NCBI RefSeq assembly: GCF_016432865.1
Contig: NC_067400.1
Coordinates: forward strand, 616,776,001 to 616,840,000
DNA length: 64,000 nt
Reading direction: 5' to 3'
Source: Antechinus flavipes
Lineage: Eukaryota
Shown here: positions 34,401 to 43,400 of the stretch, one piece after another
Position numbering within the stretch: the stretch's first letter is position 1
How the letters are laid out: each line of letters opens with the position of its first letter
Translations under genes and position numbers: made by a program
The notes under the pieces: model-generated
Seen by the model: the letters and a program-made list of their open reading frames with translations, nothing else
Told to the model about the DNA's origin: nothing
The model's database searches: none

Positions 34401-37400
34401 CTGACTTGGAGGCTACTCTCCCCTCCCCCACGCCATGTCTGATCCTGGCTCAGTTTCCCCTGTTTCCTCATCCGCCAGATTTGGGCAAATTGGCCGTGCA
34501 TGGTGTGGAAAGTCCTTCCCGGTTCTGACATTTTGTGTTCCGTGACCCCTTTCAGCTCTGACGATCTGTTCCAAGCTCCCTTCTAGTTCTGACATTCTAT
34601 ATCCTAAGACCTCTTCCAACTCGGCAGTTCTCTGTTCTGAGGTCTCTCTCTCCCCTGCTTCTCCATGTCTTGTGTTCTAAGGGTCTTTTCGGCTCCAAAA
34701 CTGTCTGTTCTGGGTTCTAAGGTTCTACCGTTCCCTCTTCTGCGTCAGCTTTGGGAGCTCTGGGTCTGAGGAGGGAAGCAAGACTGTGGCGAGGGCGCTT
34801 GTTTGTGGGCGAGGTCCTATCGTGGTGAAATAAGTGGGTTCTCGGGGGGGGGTTCCCCAAGGGCTGAGGAGAAATCACATCCCTAGAACAGAGAGCAAGT
34901 AATCTAAGGCTGGAGTGGGGGGCAGAAGGACGGCTGTGCTCGTGCCCACAAGGGGCCGGGGCTTGGGAAGGAGCGCTGGGGAAGAGCCAGGACCGTAGGA
35001 TACTCTATCTGTGACTTGGGGAAAAGGGTGCTCTCGTCAGAATTTGATCCTCTCTGAGACATTAAGTCGGAGGGCCCGGTCTTGGGACTGAATGGTAAAG
35101 AGTCAGGGAGACGTGTGGAAGGTCAGGAGGCCTGGGCCGGGAGTCAGGAGAGCTAGATTCCAGGCCTCCGGGTGACCTTCGTCCCGGGGCCTTAGTTTCT
35201 TTGTTGGTAAAATGAAAATTGAGAGGGACCTCTCTGTGTTCAGGATTCCTTTTAGTTCTGTCCTTGGTGGTCTGTAACAGCCCCTAACTTCCAGATTGTC
35301 GTGAGGACCAAACGAGGTTTCGTTTCTAAACCGCTTTATAAGCCTTGAAATGCTTTCTCAGTGTTAGCTGTGATGGCTGTAACTTCCCCCCTCCTTTTCC
35401 GCTTACTAAGTAAGTCATTTTTGGTCATTCTAGTCAGTGGCTACAAGATGGATCCTAAGCGGGTCAGCTCCTTCCCCGGGCCTCAGTTTACCCACCAGGG
35501 GGTTGTAGATAAGGTGGGACCATACTATCTGAACCCTCCCAGATGCGATGTTCTTTGATCCTGTGTCACGTGGGGTCTGGGGACGGCTGGGGGGCGGGAG
35601 TCGGAGAGGGCTGGGCCCCGGGGGGTCCTCTCTGAGCCCCCTCTCGCCCCCTGTCTCCACAGTGGCAGAGCTCCTGTACTGGCGGGACACGCGGACGTCA
35701 GGGGTGGTCTTCACGGGCATCATGGTCTCCCTGCTCTGCCTCCTCCACTTCAGCATTGTCTCCGTGGCCTCGCACATAGCCCTGGCCGTGCTGGCCGTCA
35801 CCATCTCTCTCAGGGTTTACCACAAGGCACTGCAGGCTGTGCACCGCGGTGATGGGGCCAACCCCTTCCAGTAAGATACCCTTCGGCCTTGACCTTGACC
35901 CCCTGCCAACCCCTGAACCCGAACCCGATCCCGCCCCCGACTCCATCCCGCCCCACCCTCTAGCCCCGAGCGAGAGGAACCACTAGAGAGTCAGGGGACC
36001 AGCCATAGATCTGGGATCGGACTTTTGGCATGCCTTGGAGCAAGTCCCCTTCTCCTCCTGAGGTTCTCCAGCCCTAAAGCCAGGAGCTCTGACTTGACGT
36101 ATTTCTCCCCTCCCCCAGCTCTTAGGGCTTATGTGTCACCCCCTTACTCTCCTCTCCCTCCTTTAGGGCGGGCGTGGAGTGAGTGGGAAGCATCTTTAGG
36201 GGGCGCAGCTCCTCTTGGTGTGGTGCTGCTCTTAGCCACCAGGGGGCGCGGCAGAGCAGGTCCGCTTCTGGGGATACTACTCTGCGGTTCCGCTGAGCAC
36301 CGCCAGGTGGCGCTGCATGCGGGGCTATTGGCATCCCAGGCATTTGGTACCACCAGGGAATAGAAGTGGGTCAAAGATCTTTACGAGGGGCTCTTGTCCT
36401 GTAAGTTCCACTTTAGGCCATCAGAGGGCGCTGCGGAGCCAGGACATCTCCCCCACTTTGCCCCTTCAACCTTCTTGTTTCCCCCTCCCCATCCCCACTC
36501 CTCCATCCAGGGCCTACCTGGATGTGGACCTGAGCCTGAGCCGGGAGCAGATAGCTCATTACACCGAGCAGATCACAACTCATGTGTTTTCTGGGGTGAC
36601 GCTCATGAGACACCTGTTCTTGGTGGAGGACCTGGTTGATTCCCTCAAGGTAACGGGGTTTCTGACAATCCCATCCCTTCCAGAAACAGCCCTCCCAGAA
36701 GTCTCAGAAATGGCCTTCTCAGAGGCCCCAGAAATGGTGCTCCCAGAGGCCCCAGAAACGGTCCTCCCAGGGGCCCCAGAAATGGTCCTCCCAGGGGCCC
36801 CAGAAACAGCCCTCCCAGGGGCCCCAGAAATGGTCCTCCCAGGGGCCCCAGAAACGGCCCTCCCAGGGGCCCCAGAAACAGCCCTCCCAGGGGCCCCAGA
36901 AACAGCCCTCCCAGGGGCCCCAGAAACGGCTCTCCCAGGGGCCCCAGAAACGGTCCTCCTACAGACCCCAGAAACGGTCCTCCCAGAGGCCCCAGAAATG
37001 GTGCTCCCAGAGGCCCCAGAAATAGCCCTCCCAGAAGTCCCAGAAATGGCCCTCCCAAGGGCCCCAGAAATGCTCCTCCCACAGATCCCAGAAACGGCCC
37101 TCCCAGAAGCCCCAGAAACAGCCCTCTCACAGCTCCCAGAAACATGCATGGAAAGCCTGCATATAGACACCATTGCCAGCAGCATCCTTTGCTTAGGGAA
37201 AAGTACAGCTTATATACTGCTGGATAAGAGGGGACCTTACAGCTGGTTGAGGGGGGGAGGAGAGGAAATCACAGATTTTTAGAGAAATGAGAGCGGAAAC
37301 TCAAAGCTTGGGACTGGAGACGGCATCACAACGGAAAAGGGTCTGGGGGCGAGAGCTGGTTTCTAAGGCAAACTCACCAATTTGGAAGGAACAGCCCCCC

Positions 37401-40400
37401 CCCCCCCACTTTGCCTGTGAATGTATAGGAGATAGGGAAAAATTGTTGTGGGCCCAGCTGGGCGAAGTTCCCGGCATTGGGAAGCACGTGGCCTTCAGGG
37501 CACCTCGGCACAACCGAGGGCGCGAGACAGAGAGCGTGGGCCGTGATGGACGGGAGAAATGAACAGGTTCCTGCCCCGGCCGCCCCAGCAGCACCAGGGA
37601 AGCTCGCAGCTCCCCACCCCCACCTCCCCCCCAAGGACCCTGCTAACCTGGGCTGTCTCTCACAGTTCGCTCTCCTCTTCTACATCCTGACCTTCGTGGG
37701 AGCCGTTTTCAATGGAATGACTCTTCTTATCTTGGGTGAGCTGAGGGGGAGGGCCCATGGGTGGGTGGGGGGAGGGAACTAAGCCAGTTTTCCAGCTATT
37801 TACTCCGGCCTCTGTCTTTCCAGGTGTGATAAGTGCATTTACCTTCCCTTTGCTGTACCGGCAACACCAGGTGAGAAGGGACTCGGACTCCCACCTACAT
37901 CTCTATCCCCGCCCCGGGGTTTTAGGCAGACCAAACAGGCGGGGCCAGCCGGCTCCATTCAGGCAGGTGGATGGCCCGGTGCCCGAGGGACTCTCATCCC
38001 AGCCAACCAGAGACCCTGTGGCAGGTTGCTCCTCACCCCCTCCCCAGGTTTAGCAAATGGCACTTAAAAGGCCAAGCAGCAATATTTGTTGCTGACAGAA
38101 CGGCCCTTTGGAAGAACGTCCCATGTCTCACCAGCACCTGTTTGTCCTAAATCCATACCCTGGCCAGAGACAACCAAGTCAGCTGACCTTTGGGCTAAAC
38201 TGAGGGACACCAACTGGGCCAAGTCACACAACAGCCACCTTCTTCCCACCCCGCTTGCTCCCGCTTTCGTAGGCTTACAGGCCCTTGGAGTGGGAGGGAA
38301 CCGGGAGGTCATGGTGTTTAGGGCCGGAAAGAAATCTGGAGGTCATCCAGGTACTGGCCTTTCAGTTTACAGATAAGGAAACTGAGGCCCAGGAAGGGTA
38401 AGGGCCGTGCCCCATGCAGGTAGCAAATAGAACCGGTAATCTAGGCCTGATGCTTCCACTCCAAGTTTGGGACTGCAAAGTCGTCCGTTACTACACTCCG
38501 TGACAGACACAGTCTGGGCCGCCACGGACCTCCCCCCGGCTAAGCCCCTTTGGGCCCCAAACTGTATANNNNNNNNNNNNNNNNNNNNNNNNNNNNNNNN
38601 NNNNNNNNNNNNNNNNNNNNNNNNNNNNNNNNNNNNNNNNNNNNNNNNNNNNNNNNNNNNNNNNNNNNNNNNNNNNNNNNNNNNNNNNNNNNNNNNNNNN
38701 NNNNNNNNNNNNNNNNNNNNNNNNNNNNNNNNNNNNNNNNNNNNNNNNNNNNNNNNNNNNNNNNNNNNNNNNNNNNNNNNNNNNNNNNNNNNNNNNNNNN
38801 NNNNNNNNNNNNNNNNNNNNNNNNNNNNNNNNNNNNNNNNNNNNNNNNNNNNNNNNNNNNNNNNNNNNNNNNNAAGCACAGACACACAAACACACCCACA
38901 AACACACACACACAGACACACCTACACAGACACACAGCACGAGACAAACATCACCGCGTTCAGCCAGGCTGCCGTCCCACTCCCCCAAACGCCCTTTGTC
39001 TCCTCCCCCAGAACCTGGAGCCACGTCATCCTCCTTCCATCACTCAGGCGGCTAATAAACACCTAGGGAGGTCTAAGGGCGGGCTAAGGCTGGGGACAGG
39101 AAGAAAGGCCCAAACAAGGCCCCGTCCTCACGGTTCTCACGGCCTGATGGGAGGGAACATGCAAAGAACTCTGGTTCTGTCATTTCAGCCACGTCTGACT
39201 CTCTGCGCTCCCGTTCGGTTTTCTGGCAGAGATCATGGAAGGGTTGGTCATTTCCTTCTCCAGCTCATTTTATAGATGAGGAAACTGAGGCAAAGTGAAG
39301 TGACTTGCGCAGGGTCACACAGCTAGGAGGTGTCTGAGGCTGGATCGGAACTCAGTACTTGCTGATTCCGGTGTTCTATGCGCTGCCCCACCCAGTTGCC
39401 CCCAAATCATGGTACAAACAAAAGCTATTCAGGATAAATGAGAGCTAAGGACCAGAGGGAGGGCGCTGGGCTGAGGCCTGAGCAAGGCTTCCAGGGCGGT
39501 GCGATTCTGGGGGGGCCTTGCAGAGTCAGGGAGGGAGAGCTCCGGAGGGGCCCCAGAGGAGCTGTCCCTTCGGCAGGGGGCGGCTCGGCGTTGGAGGAAC
39601 GAGGAGGAAGCCGACGGCGCCGGGACACGGGATGTGTGTGTCTGGCTAATGCAGGGGGGGGAGCCTTTTTCTGCCAGGGGCCACTTGGGGATTTATAACA
39701 TCATTCGAGGCCCGTACAAAGTTATCGGCTTACGGAACTCGAGCAGGGGGAGGTCGCTTTCGGCTGCCCGAGGGAACGGTTTCACGGGCCTTCGAGGGCG
39801 GACGTGTTCCATCTCTGGTCTATTGGAGATCGAAGGGCTGGGAAATGACCAGGGCGTGCCGGGCTTTGAGAGCCAGGGTGTTTTATGGAGGAAGGGGTAG
39901 ATCCATGATGCTCTTCCAAAGCCATGGGCTCCCGTCCTTTCGTCCATTCCCATCATTCGGCAAAGGGACAACGAGTCTTAGAGAGTCGAACATCCCCCTT
40001 CCCAAGGTCCCAGGTAGAAGAGCGCTGGACAGCGTGGGGCTCGGAGTCGGGAAGATCTGGATTTAAATCCAACTCCAGTCACTTCAGGGTGACCCTAAAC
40101 AAGTCCAATAACCGCTGCTTGACTCGGTTTCCCCCACTGTAAAATGGGGCTAATTTTAGCACCTCCCTCCAGGGCAGTGTGAGGATGAAACGAGACAACA
40201 CTGACAAGGTGTCTGTGCCCGGGACAGGAGGCGTTCTCGGAGATAAACCTTGTGCTTTCCATCCTCTAGAGCTGGTACTAGGCAGAATTCGAACTCGGGC
40301 CTGGCGACCACAAATCCCGCGTTCTTTCCCCTTCCCTGACCAGCTCGCTACGAGAGACATTTAGCAGGACCCTACCAGCAGGTGGAGAAGCGCGGGCCCC

Positions 40401-43400
40401 GGGGTGGTGACAGAGGGCGGCTCTCCTTGCCCGGAGCTTGCCCTCTCTGAGGGAGGAAGGCGGCAGGTAGGAGCTGTGCAGCAGGAGCCCATAGAGGGCC
40501 ACTAGGTGGCGCCAGCGCGCGCAGACCATCCTCGGAGGCGGGAAGATGAAATCTGGCCTCCCGAGCTTCCCGGCCCGGGGAGCCTGAGCAGGTCTTGCCT
40601 CGGTTTCCCCGTCAGTGAAATGAGCTGGAGAAGGAACTGGCAGCCCCCCAGTGTCTCTGCCCCAAAACCCCCAGGGGTCATAAAGAGCGGGACTGACTGA
40701 ATCACAAAGTGAGGCGAGAGGTTGGAGCAGAGCGGTCTCCCCATGGGGCGGAGAGGGGATTTCAGGCCTCCCCCCCCCAGAGGAGAGAGCTGGGCCAGGA
40801 AGCACGAGTGGAGATCCAGGCCCTTCCAGGTGGTGGGGAGTAGTGTGAGCAAAGGCACGGAGGTGGGAAACACAGGCTGAGACTGGGAGTGGCGCAGACC
40901 TGGGAGGGACCTCGGGGGTCACGGGGGCGCAGACCGAGACCTGGGAGGGACCTCGGGGGTCCCGGGGGCGCAGACCGAGACCTGGGAGGGACCTCGGGGG
41001 TCACGGGGGCACAGACTGTGACCTGGGAGGGACCTCGGGGGTCACGGGGGCGCACACTGAGACCTGGGAGGGACCTCGGGGGTCCTGGGGACGCACACTG
41101 AGACCTGGGAGGGACCTCGGGGGTCACGGGGGCACAGACCGAGACCTGGGAGGGACCTCGGGGGTCATGGGGGCGCAGACCGGGACCTGGGAGGGACCTC
41201 GGGGGTCACGGGGGCACAGACTGAGACCTGGGAGGGACTTCGGGGGTCATAGGGGCGCAGACTGAAACCTGGGAGGGACTTCGGGGGTCCCGGGGGCACA
41301 GACTGAGACCTGGGAGGGACTTCGGGGGTCACGGGGGCACAGACTGAGACCTGGGAGGGACCTCGGGGGTCACGGGGGCACAGACTGTGACCTGGGAGGG
41401 ACCTCGGGGGTCACGGGGGCGCACACTGAGACCTGGGAGGGACCTCGGGGGTCCTGGGGACGCACACTGAGACCTGGGAGGGACCTCGGGGGTCCCGGGG
41501 GCACAGACTGAGACCTGGGAGGGACCTCGGGGGTCACGGGGGCACAGACTGTGACCTGGGAGGGACCTCGGGGGTCACGGGGGCACAGACCGAGACCTGG
41601 GAGGGACCTCGGGGGTCATGGGGGCGCAGACCGAGACCTGGGAGGGACCTGGGAGGGACCTCGGGGGTCACGGGGGCACAGACTGAGACCTGGGAGGGAC
41701 TTCGGGGGTCATAGGGGCGCAGACTGAAACCTGGGAGGGACTTCGGGGGTCACGGGGGCGCAGACCGAGACCTGGGAGGCACCTCGGGGGTCACGGGGGC
41801 ACAGACTGAGACCTGGGAGGGACCTCGGGGGTCACGGGGGCACAGACTGTGACCTGGGAGGGACCTCGGGGGTCACGGGGGCGCAGACTGAGACCTGGGA
41901 GGGACCTCGGGGGTCCCGGGGGCACACACTGAGACCTGGGAGGGACCTCGGGGGTCCCGGGGGCACAGACTGAGACCTGGGAGGGACCTCGGGGGTCACG
42001 GGGGCACAGACTGTGACCTGGGAGGGACCTCGGGGGTCACGGGGGCACAGACTGTGACCTGGGAGGGACCTCGGGGGTCCCGGGGGCACAGACTGTGACC
42101 TGGGAGGGACCTCGGGGGTCCTGGGGACGCACACTGAGACCTGGGAGGGACCTCGGGGGTCCCGGGGGCACAGACTGAGACCTGGGAGGGACCTCGGGGG
42201 TCACGGGGGCACAGACTGTGACCTGGGAGGGACCTCGGGGGTCACGGGGGCACAGACTGTGACCTGGGAGGGACCTCGGGGGTCCCGGGGGCACAGACTG
42301 TGACCTGGGAGGGACCTCAGGGGTCCCGGGGGCGCACACTGAGACCTGGGAGGGACCTCGGGGGTCACGGGGGCGCAGACCGAGACCTGGGAGGGACCTC
42401 GGGGGTCCCGGGGGCGCACACTGAGACCTGGGAGGGACTTCGGGGGTCCCGGGGGCACACACTGAGACCTGGGAGGGACTTCGGGGGTCCCGGGGGCGCA
42501 CACTGAGACCTGGGAGGGACCTCGGGGGTCCCGGGGGCACAGACTGTGACCTGGGAGGGACCTCGGGGGTCCCGGGGGCACAGACTGTGACCTGGGAGGG
42601 ACCTCGGGGGTCCTGGGGACGCACACTGAGACCTGGGAGGGACCTCGGGGGTCCCGGGGGCACAGACTGAGACCTGGGAGGGACCTCGGGGGTCACGGGG
42701 GCACAGACTGTGACCTGGGAGGGACCTCGGGGGTCACGGGGGCACAGACTGTGACCTGGAGGGACCTCGGGGGTCCCGGGGGCACAGACTGTGACCTGGG
42801 AGGGACCTCAGGGGTCCCGGGGGCACACACTGAGACCTGGGAGGGACCTCGGGGGTCACGGGGGCGCAGACCGAGACCTGGGAGGGACCTCGGGGGTCCC
42901 GGGGGCGCACACTGAGACCTGGGAGGACTTCGGGGGTCCCGGGGGCGCACACTGAGACCTGGGAGGGACTTCGGGGGTCCCGGGGGCGCACACTGAGACC
43001 TGGGAGGGACCTCGGGGGTCCCGGGGGCGCAGACCGAGACCTGGGAGGCACCTCGGGGGTCACGGGGGCACAGACCGAGACCTGGGAGGGACCTCGGGGG
43101 TCATGGGGGCGCAGACCGAGACCTGGGAGGGACCTGGGAGGGACCTCGGGGGTCACGGGGGCACAGACTGAGACCTGGGAGGGACTTCGGGGGTCATAGG
43201 GGCGCAGACTGAAACCTGGGAGGGACTTCGGGGGTCCCGGGGGCACAGACTGAGACCTGGGAGGGACTTCGGGGGTCACGGGGGCACAGACTGAGACCTG
43301 GGAGGGACTTCGGGGGTCACGGGGGCACAGACTGAGACCTGGGAGGGACCTCGGGGGTCACGGGGGCGCAGACCGGGACCTGGGAGGGACCTCGGGGGTC

